From an uncultured Planctomycetales bacterium (GTDB lineage: Bacteria > Planctomycetota > Phycisphaerae > UBA1845 > PWPN01): 64,000 bases of DNA. Location: the NCBI GenBank assembly GCA_964653435.1, contig CAZZFA010000013.1:7407-71406 (forward strand). The letters are read 5' to 3'. Positions within the stretch are counted from its first letter, which is position 1. Every line of letters begins with the position of its first letter. Shown here in pieces: positions 27,555 to 37,480 of this stretch. The notes under the pieces are model-generated. The model saw nothing but the letters and a program-made list of their open reading frames with translations. It ran no database searches and was not told where the DNA came from. Position numbers and translations under genes: made by a program.

Positions 27555-27582
27555 TTGCGTGCCGGTTCGGGCCGATTACAAT
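27555..27582 (+). promoter_or_regulatory. Putative sigma70 promoter of the pyruvyltransferase-GT2 gene
   Basis: TTGCGT, 16-nt spacer, TACAAT. Confidence 0.45.
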
Positions 27583-27674
27583 CCAGGTAGACGCGATCCG
27601 GAACGGCGTAACGGATGTGAGGGGCCACCCGCGAACGCAATTGGTCCGATACCCGGCGTCACAGGGAAGACTCC

Positions 27675-29927
27675 GTGAACAGGCCCTCGACGAATGACAC
27701 CGCACAGCCCCATATCGTCGTGTCCGGATGGTATGGTCACAATAACCTGGGCGATGACGCGATCCTGGATGTACTGGTCGCGGAATTGGGCCGGCGGCTG
27801 GGGTCGTGTCTGTTTACCGTGATCACCGAGGCCGTGTCGTCGCCGCAAACCCGCCTGCTGCACGGGTACCCTGTGCGATGGTTGCCGCATCATTCCCCGT
27901 ACCGGCTGCCCAATGCGCTGACTCCCCGTCTCTGGGCGGGCTTCGTTCGCTGTTGGGCGGCTGTGGCAACATGCGATCTGTTCATTCTTGGCGGCGGGGG
28001 TCTGCTTCGCGACAACTTCCGGCGTAGCAACCTTCTCCGTTTGCTTGACGACGTGTTCTGGGCGCGCCTCACCGGTACGCCGGCGGCATTGTTCGCCATC
28101 GGGGCCGGTCCGTTCGTCACCGGATTGGGCAAACGGCTGATCCGTTCGCTCGTGCAGATGGCTCAGTCGGTGAGCGTCCGAGATGAGATCAGCGCCGCCG
28201 CCCTCCGTTCGATTGGTGTTGCGGAGGGCCGCATCCGGATCGTCGGGGACCCGGCCTTGCTTCTGATGGCCGGTTCGCAGATCGAGCTGCCGGAGAGGAA
28301 CGATCGGGTTCGGGTTGCGATCTGTCCATGTCATGGGATGCTCACCGGATTTCGCGGCGGTGCGGCGGGTAACCCGCGGCTGCCGGAGGTCCTGGCGCGT
28401 GCGGCGGACGGGATGGTTGAACGTCTGGGGGCCGAGGTCTGGCTGGTACCCTTCTGTCGTGCCTCCGCGAACGACAACGATGAGGTGCTTTGCCGGGAGA
28501 TACAGGAGCGAATGGCACGCCGGGACCGCGCGGTGCTTGTGACGGATGTGCTTGACGCTCCGCGCACGAAGGCGATGTTGGGACGGATGCACGTTATTGT
28601 GGGTGCCCGGCTTCATTCACTCATTTTTGCGGCGAGCGGCGGCGTGCCGTGTGTCGGAATCAACTACGAGCCCAAAGTCCGCGGATTCATGCGCGCTGTG
28701 GGCCTGGAGGACTACTGCATCGATCCCCTGCAGGCCACACCGGACGGGATCGTTCGGCTTGTGCGCGGCTGCGTCGAACACGGATCGCGCCTGGCCGAGG
28801 TGATCGCATCGCATGTTGCGGCGTCGCAGGGGCGGACGAATGCCGTGCTCGACCAGTTGGCCGGTTTGGCGTCGTCCCACGCCGGCCGTCGCGCGAAAAG
28901 GACCGCGTGCGGTTCGAAAGCCGCTCATGCGACCTCGACGCGTCGCCTGGCGAATACGGGGGCAGGCCCGGCGGCCCCGGGCACAGTCAGCGTCGTCATC
29001 CCGGCGTACAATGCCGCGTCGTACGTTTCCGATGCCATCGACAGCGTGCTGGCGCAGACGTATCCGGCGCACGAGATTATCGTGGTCGACGACGGATCGA
29101 CCGACGATACGGTCGGGGTCGTACGGCGCTACGGAGACCGGGTCATCCTGCTTCAGCAGCCCAACCGCGGACCGGCGGCAGCCCGCAATGCCGGGATCCG
29201 CAGGGCAACCGGCGAGTTCATCGCCTTTCTGGACGCGGACGATATCTGGACCGATCGCAACCTCGAGTTGCAGGTTCGGATCCTGAGCGAGCATCCCCGG
29301 CACGTCCTCTCGTACGGATACGTTCGGCGATTTGTCGGAGCGGTCTCCCCGGAACTCCGCCGTGCGACGCCGCACGACAGATTCTGGCCGCAGGGCGACG
29401 TCTCTGCGGCGCTGGTTCACGATACGATATGGGCGACCTGCGCCGCACTGATCCGCCGGAGCGTCCTTGTGCGCACGGGCGGATTTGACGAGGAGCTTCG
29501 CGTTGGTGAGGACTACGACCTTTGGCTTCGCATCGCCGGGCAGGGACCGGTTTGCTGCGTGTCCCACTACGTTGGGGCGATCCGGTTGCGCCGCGAGAGC
29601 GTGACGAGGTCACAGCGGTTCCGCACCACTCCCCCGGAATTGTGCGTGATCCGGCGCCACCTGGATCGCACGCCCGGGCTGCGCGAGCGCGTTGGGCGAA
29701 GGGCGCTACGGCGGCGGTTGGCGAAGTGTTATCTCGACTTGTCGCTGCATGATCTGCAGAGGAACCTGCTTGCGGCATCCCTGCTGCACTACGGCGTCGG
29801 AATGGCGATTGCCCCGACGCAGGCGCGGACGGTCGGTTGTTATGTGGGTGCGATGGTGCGGTGTATCCTGAGATTCACCGTCGGGCTCCTTTCGCCGAGG
29901 GACCAGCCGAGCGGGGAGGGCGGATAG
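27675..29927 (+). CDS. Fusion: polysaccharide pyruvyltransferase (CsaB/WcaK-like) + GT2 glycosyltransferase
   Basis: N-half VSGWYGHNNLGDDAI, ILGGGGLLRD, VSVRDEIS, VGDPALL, GARLHSLIFA, INYEPKV. C-half VSVVIPAYNA, VVDDGSTD, NRGPAAARNAG, FLDADD, EDYDLWLR. Confidence 0.88.
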   Translation: MNRPSTNDTAQPHIVVSGWYGHNNLGDDAILDVLVAELGRRLGSCLFTVITEAVSSPQTRLLHGYPVRWLPHHSPYRLPNALTPRLWAGFVRCWAAVATCDLFILGGGGLLRDNFRRSNLLRLLDDVFWARLTGTPAALFAIGAGPFVTGLGKRLIRSLVQMAQSVSVRDEISAAALRSIGVAEGRIRIVGDPALLLMAGSQIELPERNDRVRVAICPCHGMLTGFRGGAAGNPRLPEVLARAADGMVERLGAEVWLVPFCRASANDNDEVLCREIQERMARRDRAVLVTDVLDAPRTKAMLGRMHVIVGARLHSLIFAASGGVPCVGINYEPKVRGFMRAVGLEDYCIDPLQATPDGIVRLVRGCVEHGSRLAEVIASHVAASQGRTNAVLDQLAGLASSHAGRRAKRTACGSKAAHATSTRRLANTGAGPAAPGTVSVVIPAYNAASYVSDAIDSVLAQTYPAHEIIVVDDGSTDDTVGVVRRYGDRVILLQQPNRGPAAARNAGIRRATGEFIAFLDADDIWTDRNLELQVRILSEHPRHVLSYGYVRRFVGAVSPELRRATPHDRFWPQGDVSAALVHDTIWATCAALIRRSVLVRTGGFDEELRVGEDYDLWLRIAGQGPVCCVSHYVGAIRLRRESVTRSQRFRTTPPELCVIRRHLDRTPGLRERVGRRALRRRLAKCYLDLSLHDLQRNLLAASLLHYGVGMAIAPTQARTVGCYVGAMVRCILRFTVGLLSPRDQPSGEGG

Positions 29928-29928
29928 G

Positions 29929-31101
29929 ATGCTGACGGTACGCATTGTCGAACGGCCCGATGAATGGGCCGCACTGGCCGGCGGATGGGAGGCCTTGCTC
30001 GCGGCCAGTCCCACGGATTCCGTGTTCCTTACCCACGAATGGCTCGGACTCTGGTGGCAAAGCTTCGGTTCGCCGGAAGATCGCCTGTATGTGGCGGCTG
30101 CCTTCCGGGACGGTCAGCTCTGCGCCGTCGCTCCGCTGCGGTGGCGCTGCGAGAGGATTGCGGGCCTGCGTTTGCGTCTGCTCCGGTCGCTTACCAACGA
30201 GCACACGCCGAAGTACGACTGGCTCTGGCGACCGGGAGACACCGAGGCGATCACCGTGCTGCTCGATGCGATTTGCCGGCGGTCGGATTGGGACGTGCTT
30301 CGGCTTGACTATGTGCCGGCCGACTCTGCCACGGTGCCCGCCCTCGTGGCGTTTGGTCTTGCCAGGCGTCTGCGCACGTCGGATGAATGGTGTATCAGCA
30401 GCCCGTACGTCACGATCCGTGGGACCTGGGACGAGTACGAGGCGTCGCTGTCCGACAACTTCGGTTCCAAGACGCGTAAGGCCGAACGCAGACTTCGAAA
30501 AGCCGGACGGCTCGATGTTGTGGAAGTCCGCGGTGGTCCCGGCCTCAACGAGGCGCTACGCAGGGCATACGTCGTCGAGCAATCGAGCTGGAAAGGCGCG
30601 GCGGGCAGCGCTATCGCCGACCGTCCGAACGAAGAGCGCTTCTACACGCAGTTGGCGGCGGCGGCATCCGCGAGGGGCTGGTTTCGCCTGTTCTTCCTTG
30701 AGCTGGACGGACGGCCCATCGCATTTCACTACTGTTTCGACTACAAACGAACGATGTTCTCGGTAAAGATCGGCTATGATCCGGCCTTCGCCAAGTACTC
30801 GCCCGGCACAGTCCTGAAGTGGCTGATTCTGAAACCGCTGTTCGAGCAGCGCGCGCACGACAAGTTCGACATGCTCGGCGCGGCCAGCGGCTCCAAGCTG
30901 CGATGGACCAAGGAGGTCCAGGATCTCCGCAGCGTCTGTCTGTTCGCCCGCGGTCTGCGGGGGCGGCTGGCATACGAACTCCAGGTCGGCATCAAGCGCC
31001 GCCTGGAGCATTACCCGCGCTTTCGAGAAGCGGCGAAACGCATCAAGAGGCGGATGTCTGTTCAGCGCGACGCCAGACGGGATGTCAGCGAAAACGCATA
31101 A
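29929..31101 (+). CDS. CelD/BcsL-type GNAT (Acetyltransf_6) family protein
   Basis: WEALLAAS..VFLTHEWL, PYVTIRGTWDEY, LELDGRPIAFHY, KIGYDPAFAKYSPG, FDMLG..KLRW. Confidence 0.88.
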   Translation: MLTVRIVERPDEWAALAGGWEALLAASPTDSVFLTHEWLGLWWQSFGSPEDRLYVAAAFRDGQLCAVAPLRWRCERIAGLRLRLLRSLTNEHTPKYDWLWRPGDTEAITVLLDAICRRSDWDVLRLDYVPADSATVPALVAFGLARRLRTSDEWCISSPYVTIRGTWDEYEASLSDNFGSKTRKAERRLRKAGRLDVVEVRGGPGLNEALRRAYVVEQSSWKGAAGSAIADRPNEERFYTQLAAAASARGWFRLFFLELDGRPIAFHYCFDYKRTMFSVKIGYDPAFAKYSPGTVLKWLILKPLFEQRAHDKFDMLGAASGSKLRWTKEVQDLRSVCLFARGLRGRLAYELQVGIKRRLEHYPRFREAAKRIKRRMSVQRDARRDVSENA

Positions 31102-31125
31102 TTAGGATTCCGCGGACGGAACCGC

Positions 31126-31154
31126 TTGCAAAAAACGCCAAGTGTGGGTAGGAT
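31126..31154 (+). promoter_or_regulatory. Putative sigma70 promoter of the LVIVD gene
   Basis: TTGCAA (31126-31131), 17-nt spacer, TAGGAT (31149-31154). Confidence 0.6.
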
Positions 31155-31250
31155 TCATTCAGTGTGGCCACAGGCGGCGATCGGGCGGTTGCTTCGCGGC
31201 CAGTGAGGTAACCGGCGGAGCCCGGACAGCCGGCTGGACGGAGGTGCTGA

Positions 31251-33437
31251 ATGGGGCGATTCGGAGGCGCGCGTGGGTTGCGGGAGCCGCTCGACGTGGG
31301 CAAGGCTCACGTCACAAAGCGGCAAATTCGTGAGCGGCGCCCGTCGGTCGCGGGCGGCGTGAGGGGCGTCACGCAAGGCAAGCTGAAGGGCCGCCGGCCC
31401 GCGCGGGATGCGCTTGTCGCAACGCTGACGGCGCTGGCGGTGGTGGCGAGCCCGGCTCGCAGTCTCGCCGTCGATGCTATCAGTGTCGAACTGGTGGGCC
31501 AGTACGGCGGGATCAGCTACGCCGTGGCGGTCGAAGATGACCGCGCTTATCTGGGCGCGGGGCCGCGGTTAGTCATCCTGGACGTCGCGAGTCCGGCGGT
31601 TCCGCGCGTGCTCGCATGGAGCGAGACGCTTCCGGCGATCGTTCGTGGCGTGGCGGTTGCTGGCGGCTATGCGTATGTCGCGGACGACGCTGCCGGCCTT
31701 CAGGTCGTCCAGGTTTCGAATCCGGTCTCTCCTGTCCGCGTGGGGAGCTGCGCAACGGGCGGACTGGCTCTCGGCGTTGCAGTATGCGGCAATTATGCGT
31801 ACGTCTGTGATTACTACCTTGGTCTACTCGTTATCGACGTCTCGAATCCGAGCTTGCCCGTCCGCGTCGGTGGGTACAATACGCCGGGGCGCCCGCGGGG
31901 CGTGGCGGTTGCCGGCCGGTACGCCTATGTTGCCGCCTATACCGGTGGCTTCCAAGTGATCGACATCTCGAATCCTGCGGCGCCGACCCTCGCGGGCGGT
32001 TGCGGGACGACGGGGTATACCTATGACGTGGCCGTCGCCGGGGCCTATGCATACGTAGCCTGTTCTGACGCAGGCATCGATGTGATCGACATATCTGACC
32101 CAGCCTCGCCCGTCCGCGTGGGTGGCTACAGCACGGGGCGGCAAGCGCTGGGTGTCACCGTGTCCGGCACAACCCTGTATGTGGCGGCCAATGACGGGGG
32201 CCTGCAAGTGATCGATATATCCAATCCCGCCTCGCCGGTTTGGCTCGGCGGCTGTGCCACAGGAAGCTACGCTCATGATGTCGCCGTGGTTGGTCTTTAT
32301 GCGTACGTAGCCAGTCACGACCTCGGCGTGCAGGTGATCGACGTCTCGAACCCCGTTTCACCGGCGCGCGTGGGCGAGTACGACGCAACCGGCTATTCTT
32401 TCGACGTCGCCGTCCGCGGCACTTATGCATATCTGGCCGATTGTCATTTCGGCCTGCAGGTCATCGATATGTCGAGCCCCGCCTCGCCCGTTCGTGCGGG
32501 CGGCTACGACACGAGCGGTTGCGCGCGGGGCCTGACCCTTTCGGGCACCTACGCGTATGTGGCCGATGTGGAAGCCGGCCTGCAAGTGATCGACATTTCA
32601 AATCCGGTTGCACCGTTCCGGGCGGGCGTCTGCGACACCTCGGGCTCCGCGTACGGCGTGGCCGTCGTCGGGGGCTATGCATATGTGGCGGACGGCGAAG
32701 CCGGCCTCCAGGTCATCGACGTCTCAAACCCTGCTTCGCCATTTCGCGTGGGCGGCTGCGATACACCCGGGTTTGCGCACGGCGTAGCCGTATCCGGAGG
32801 CTATGCCTTTGTGGCTGACCGGCAAGCCGGTCTGCACGTCATTGACATCTCTGATCCCCGCTCACCGGTTCGCGTGGCCGGCTACCCGAACGACGCCGGC
32901 GGATCCGCCTATGACGTGGCAACCCAGGGGCACTACGTATACGTTGCCGACGGACCGGCCGGCGTGCAGATTCTTGACGTTTCCGATCCGCCCTCGCTGA
33001 TGTGGGTGGCAACCTGCGACACCAGCGGGATCGCTCAACAAGTGGCGTTGTCGGGCAACACGGCGTGTGTGGCCGATGACGACGACTTCCGGGTCCTCGA
33101 TATCTCAGACCCGGCCTCGCCGCGCGTCGTGGGCGGCTACGACAAAAACAAGTGGGCTATGGGCGTGGCAATGGCCGGCAACTATGCTTATGTAGCGTAC
33201 AGCCAGGGCGGCCTGGTGATCCTGCACCTGGGATACGCCGATCTGGACAAAGACGGAGACGCCGACGTGAAGGACTTTGCCCTCTTCCAGGACTGCTTCA
33301 ATGGTCCGAATGCTCGCCCACGTGCGAGTCATTGCACAGGCGCCGACTTCGATGCGGACGGCGACGTGGACCTTCAGGACTTCTCGGTGTTCGAGGCCTG
33401 TTTCAACGGTCCGAATCGTCCACCGGCGTGTCGATAA
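31251..33437 (+). CDS. Secreted LVIVD-repeat protein (about 14 repeats) with C-terminal dockerin-like module
   Basis: Repeats of GxYAYVADxxxGLQVIDISNPxSPxxVG; C-terminus ADLDKDGDADVKDF..FQDCFNGP...ADFDADGDVDLQDF..FEACFNGPNRPPAC. Confidence 0.92.
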   Translation: MGRFGGARGLREPLDVGKAHVTKRQIRERRPSVAGGVRGVTQGKLKGRRPARDALVATLTALAVVASPARSLAVDAISVELVGQYGGISYAVAVEDDRAYLGAGPRLVILDVASPAVPRVLAWSETLPAIVRGVAVAGGYAYVADDAAGLQVVQVSNPVSPVRVGSCATGGLALGVAVCGNYAYVCDYYLGLLVIDVSNPSLPVRVGGYNTPGRPRGVAVAGRYAYVAAYTGGFQVIDISNPAAPTLAGGCGTTGYTYDVAVAGAYAYVACSDAGIDVIDISDPASPVRVGGYSTGRQALGVTVSGTTLYVAANDGGLQVIDISNPASPVWLGGCATGSYAHDVAVVGLYAYVASHDLGVQVIDVSNPVSPARVGEYDATGYSFDVAVRGTYAYLADCHFGLQVIDMSSPASPVRAGGYDTSGCARGLTLSGTYAYVADVEAGLQVIDISNPVAPFRAGVCDTSGSAYGVAVVGGYAYVADGEAGLQVIDVSNPASPFRVGGCDTPGFAHGVAVSGGYAFVADRQAGLHVIDISDPRSPVRVAGYPNDAGGSAYDVATQGHYVYVADGPAGVQILDVSDPPSLMWVATCDTSGIAQQVALSGNTACVADDDDFRVLDISDPASPRVVGGYDKNKWAMGVAMAGNYAYVAYSQGGLVILHLGYADLDKDGDADVKDFALFQDCFNGPNARPRASHCTGADFDADGDVDLQDFSVFEACFNGPNRPPACR

Positions 33438-33472
33438 CCCGGTTACGTCATTGTGGATGCACTGCCAGACCG

Positions 33473-34582
33473 GTGAAACTGCAACTCGTCGAAGAGTGGG
33501 CCGAGATCCGCAAGCGCGCCAACGACTGGAACGCGCTCCTTGACGGTGCGCGCCCGGAGGACCCATTCCTCACGTTCGAATGGTACGAATCCCTTCGGGA
33601 AGCGTTCGGGCGGGGCTGCCCCACGCCGACCCTCTTCGCTTACGACTCTGCCGGGCTCCTGGCCGTATGGCCGCTTCACCCGGATCGAACGCGACTCGGC
33701 AAGGTGATCCCCTGTCGACAACTACTCGATTCCGGCGGCTGGTTTGTGCCGCACAACGGCCTGGTCTGCCGAGGTGATCCCGCTGCCTGTGCGCGCGAAA
33801 TGCTCCGATACGTCCGCGCCCGTCTTCGCGGGTGGGATGCGCTTGTAGTTGCAAACCTGATCGAGGGCGGTGCGACTCACGCGGCGTTGCGGGAGGCCTG
33901 TGGGGAGCTGCGGCTGTCGACCGACACCGTTGCAGGCAAACGCTCGCCGTACCTGAGTCTCCAGGGGAGCTGGGAAACCTGCTTGAAGGAGCGGAGCGGC
34001 AACTTCCGCAGCGCTCTCAGGCGAAACGAGAAAGCACTCAAGGCGATGGGTACCGTGAGCATCGAGTTCTTGCGCTCGCCGGAAGAGGTCAGGCGCGGTC
34101 TTGCCGATGTCCTGGCTATTGAGCAACGGAGTTGGAAGCACCGGGCGGGTTCGGCGATTACGTCGCGTCCCTGGGAGCAGGCATTCTACGAGGCATACCT
34201 GCCGCGCGCCGCGAAACGGAACATCGCCGAACTGGCCGTCATGCGATTGGATGGACGCCCCATTGCCTACTACATGGGCCTCATTTATGGCAATCGTTAC
34301 TCGCTGCTCAAGGTGAGCTATGTGGACGACCTCAAGGCCGGCGCCCCGGGGAAAGTCATCTGCCGGCACGTGGTGCAGAGTCATTTTGAGCGGGGCCTGA
34401 TCGAGCATGACTTCCTCGGAGAGGATGAGCGATGGAAGCTCGACTGGACTCCTGCGTTTCGCCCGCACGTGAATCTGACGATCTATCGGTCGGATCTGTA
34501 CGGCAGGATGGTCCGCACGATTCGGTGGCTCAGGACCCGCCGGAACGAAGTGGCGCAGACCTCTGCGCCGGAGACGCCTTAG
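33473..34582 (+). CDS. Second CelD/BcsL-type GNAT family protein
   Basis: GTG 33473 start inferred; WNALLDG...PFLTFEWY, SPYLSLQGSWE, LDGRPIAY, KVSYV..LKAGAPG, HDFLGEDERWKLDW. Confidence 0.85.
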   Translation: MKLQLVEEWAEIRKRANDWNALLDGARPEDPFLTFEWYESLREAFGRGCPTPTLFAYDSAGLLAVWPLHPDRTRLGKVIPCRQLLDSGGWFVPHNGLVCRGDPAACAREMLRYVRARLRGWDALVVANLIEGGATHAALREACGELRLSTDTVAGKRSPYLSLQGSWETCLKERSGNFRSALRRNEKALKAMGTVSIEFLRSPEEVRRGLADVLAIEQRSWKHRAGSAITSRPWEQAFYEAYLPRAAKRNIAELAVMRLDGRPIAYYMGLIYGNRYSLLKVSYVDDLKAGAPGKVICRHVVQSHFERGLIEHDFLGEDERWKLDWTPAFRPHVNLTIYRSDLYGRMVRTIRWLRTRRNEVAQTSAPETP

Positions 34583-34592
34583 GGCCTGCGGT

Positions 34593-35909
34593 CTACGCAG
34601 ACAGATCGGCTTCCCGCGTTCGGCGCGCCAAGCCGAAGGCTGCGCCACAGAGAAACATCGGCAGCGCAAGGCCGATCCCCGGGCAGACCCAGATAACGGC
34701 CTGCCCCCCCGTGCCCTCGGTGGCGGGCGAACCGTCGCCGCCACCCGGCTGGTTGGACGTTCCACCGTTGCCGTTATCGCCCGCAGGCACGTAAACGGCC
34801 GCCGGATCCACAGGCTCGCTGCCCACGGGGACGCTCACGCCGTCGATCGCAGCCAGCGAGGTGAGCGAATGATCCGTGCAATCGCTGATCAAGACGCGAA
34901 CCCTGCCGTCATCCAACGGAGAGACGTCGAAGCCCCACGTGTATCCCACGCATCGCCCGCTCCGTTCGGGGTCGAACATCCGGCTTACGTCGGCCACGGC
35001 GAGCACCTGCTTGGTTGACAGATCGAGTTGCATCAGTGATGTCGTCGGGCTGGACGCGTCAACGTCCGGAACGAACAAGACGAACGCGATGTCGCCGACC
35101 ACGTCGAGTCCAACGATGCGAGTCCTGCCCGGAATCACAGGGTTCGTAATGTTTGCCACCCCGGTTTCGCCCGCAAGGCCGATGTACGGGTTCGCGGAGA
35201 GATCTCCGTTCGGGGCGGCGGGGTCGGCATCGATCAGATTACCCGTCCGGATGTCGAGGAGGAAGATCCCCGCCGTGGTGGTGTCCATCTTGACCAGCGC
35301 TACGGTGTCGTAGGTCTGGCCGGCGACGTCCCGTGTGCCGGCAAACGCACCGCGCATCCGTTCGCCGGGGCCCATCCGAAAAACGCTGTATGGGTTGGTC
35401 ATCTCGAAAGAGACGATACCTTCGCCCCGGCGAACGAAGCGCCCGATACCGGATCCGGGCGAGCGGCCGCTGCCGGCATAGTCAGCCCGCGAGTGAACCA
35501 GCACCCGGTCATCGGATTCATAGTCCATGTCGTAACACCAGCCGAAGTCCAGGACTTGGCTCAGGGCTGCCGCGTCATTGGCTCCGACCGGATTCGGCGG
35601 GGAGCCGAAGTTGATCCGGAGTTCGAGGAGATCGCCGCGCTGGCTGGGCGGGGCCTCCCAGATCATCATGAGCACCCCGTCCGGGTTTCCGGAAACGGGG
35701 CGCCAAGCCAGACCGCCAAAGCCGTAACCGTGATACCACGGATTGTTCGTCGGCGGGTCCACGCGGTAGATCCGCGGATTCGTGAGCTGATAGAAACTCT
35801 GTGCGCCCGCCGGGGCACTTGCCAGAAGCAGCAACAGGCCGGAGAGCGCGAAGGCCGTCATGCCGCGGAAACTCGACGTGTCTGCGGAGGACGTGATACA
35901 GCCGGGCAT
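34593..35909 (-). CDS. Secreted hypothetical protein with C-terminal Cys/Gly-TM-Arg putative sorting tail
   Basis: GGAGA RBS before ATG 35909; signal peptide ending AGA-Q; Gly/Asn/Thr linker, then VCPGIGLALPMFLCGAAFGLARR. Confidence 0.75.
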   Translation of the reverse strand: MPGCITSSADTSSFRGMTAFALSGLLLLLASAPAGAQSFYQLTNPRIYRVDPPTNNPWYHGYGFGGLAWRPVSGNPDGVLMMIWEAPPSQRGDLLELRINFGSPPNPVGANDAAALSQVLDFGWCYDMDYESDDRVLVHSRADYAGSGRSPGSGIGRFVRRGEGIVSFEMTNPYSVFRMGPGERMRGAFAGTRDVAGQTYDTVALVKMDTTTAGIFLLDIRTGNLIDADPAAPNGDLSANPYIGLAGETGVANITNPVIPGRTRIVGLDVVGDIAFVLFVPDVDASSPTTSLMQLDLSTKQVLAVADVSRMFDPERSGRCVGYTWGFDVSPLDDGRVRVLISDCTDHSLTSLAAIDGVSVPVGSEPVDPAAVYVPAGDNGNGGTSNQPGGGDGSPATEGTGGQAVIWVCPGIGLALPMFLCGAAFGLARRTREADLSA

Positions 35910-36096
35910 TTGTCTTTCTCCTGTTGGTTCCGGCGTCGTTCCGGAGCCGCGCCGGCCCGGTACGGTCGTGGGACGCCGGCGGGCACGAAGGCATTCTAGC
36001 ATAGTTCGGGTGTCCGGGGCCATATGTACGCCGGGCCGGGCACGCGGCCATCCGTCACCCGGGCACGCAATCCGCGGTGAGCCGTCCGTCATCTTG

Positions 36097-36140
36097 AAAA
36101 GAAAACGGGCCCCCGCCGCCGTGCGGCAGCAGGAGCCCGT
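36097..36140 (-). terminator. Rho-independent terminator after the Gfo/Idh/MocA gene
   Basis: On the minus strand ACGGGCTCCTGCTGCC pairs with GGCGGCGGGGGCCCGT (three G-U wobbles), followed by TTTCTTTTC. Confidence 0.8.
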
Positions 36141-36196
36141 GGTTTACGCCTTTGCTGATTTCCGCGTGCGCGGCGTTTTCGCGGGCCGCGCGTCCT

Positions 36197-37480
36197 TCAT
36201 GGTTTTCCCGGTACGTGAATGTGCGCCCGGATCACGCCCGCCTTGATGTTCTCCTCGGTCAGTTCGTAGTCGGGCGGACTCAACACGAGATCGGAGCTCA
36301 TCGCCTCGTCCCAGGTGACGGCCTTGCCCGTGTAGGCCGACATCCGGCCCATGATCCCGCACAGCGTCGACTCGGCCACCTGCTGCGCCTCGTTGATCGG
36401 CTTTTCGCTGCGAATCGCCGCGATCAGGTCCGCGTGCTCCTGCACGTACGGGTTGCCCTCGCCTTTGATCAGTTCCGGAAGAGTACTGATCCAGCCGTTG
36501 CAGTTCGACACACCCTTTTCGCCGATCACACGCTCGGACACGTCGTTCACGCAGCCGTTGATCTGGCGGCACTGGCTCAGCACATGGATGTCCTGGTCGG
36601 CCTTATCGGGGGCGTTCGGGTTCGGGTAGAAGAAATCGCATGCGAAGAAGTCGTACTGGTCGCCCGTCACGCGCCGGGCCCGGCCGCCCATGCCCACCAC
36701 CTTCCGCGGGTGTGTGCCCAGAACCCAGTTCATCACATCGAGGTTATGCACGTGCTGTTCGACGATGTGGTCGCCCGAGAGCCACGCCCAGTTGACCCAG
36801 TCGCGGATCATCCAGTCCATGTCCGACCAGCCCGGCTCGCGCAGCCGGTACCAGAGCTGGCCGCCGTTCCAGTATGCCTGCCCCGAGAGGATCGTCCCGA
36901 TCGCCCCGTCGTGAAGCCGCTTGATCGTCTCGATGTATCCCTTCTGATGCCGCCGCTGCGTGCCGGCCACGACGGACAGACCCTTTTCCTTGGCTTTCCG
37001 GCCGGCCGCGATGATTCGGCGCACGCCCGGCCCGTCGACGGCCACCGGCTTCTCCATGAACACGTGCTTGCCGGCATCAACGCACGCCTCAAAGTGCGCG
37101 GGGCGATAGTACGGCGGTGTCGCGAGGATTACGTAATCGACGTCCGTTTCCAGGACCTTCTTGTAGGCGTCAAAGCCCTCGAAGCACATCTTCTCGTCGA
37201 TGTCCTGGTGGCTTTTCTCCTTGAGGCTCTTGCGGCAACCGTCGAGCCGGTCCTTGAAGACGTCGGCTAGGGCCACGATCTTGACGCCCGGATCCGCCTC
37301 CACCGCGTTCTGCGCCGCTCCCGTACCGCGTCCGCCGCAGCCGATCAGCCCGACCTTCAGCGGCGTGCCGGACTGCTGACCCCGCACGAGGTGCGGCACG
37401 ACGCCCGTGGCGGCCATGGCGGCAGCCGTGGCCTTCACGAAATCCCTTCTGGACATGTGGCTTGTTTTGTCGCGATGCAT
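36197..37480 (-). CDS. Tat-exported Gfo/Idh/MocA family oxidoreductase
   Basis: SRRDF twin-arginine signal; VGLIGCGGRGTGA Rossmann motif; VFMEKPVA, VAGTQRRH and VEQHVHNLD. Confidence 0.92.
   Translation of the reverse strand: MHRDKTSHMSRRDFVKATAAAMAATGVVPHLVRGQQSGTPLKVGLIGCGGRGTGAAQNAVEADPGVKIVALADVFKDRLDGCRKSLKEKSHQDIDEKMCFEGFDAYKKVLETDVDYVILATPPYYRPAHFEACVDAGKHVFMEKPVAVDGPGVRRIIAAGRKAKEKGLSVVAGTQRRHQKGYIETIKRLHDGAIGTILSGQAYWNGGQLWYRLREPGWSDMDWMIRDWVNWAWLSGDHIVEQHVHNLDVMNWVLGTHPRKVVGMGGRARRVTGDQYDFFACDFFYPNPNAPDKADQDIHVLSQCRQINGCVNDVSERVIGEKGVSNCNGWISTLPELIKGEGNPYVQEHADLIAAIRSEKPINEAQQVAESTLCGIMGRMSAYTGKAVTWDEAMSSDLVLSPPDYELTEENIKAGVIRAHIHVPGKP

Noticed and set aside
27176-27674. 500-bp gap between wzx and the pyruvyltransferase (possible lost gene or ncRNA)
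   Set aside because: No ORF with recognisable motifs and no convincing RNA structure; only a promoter-like element was found.
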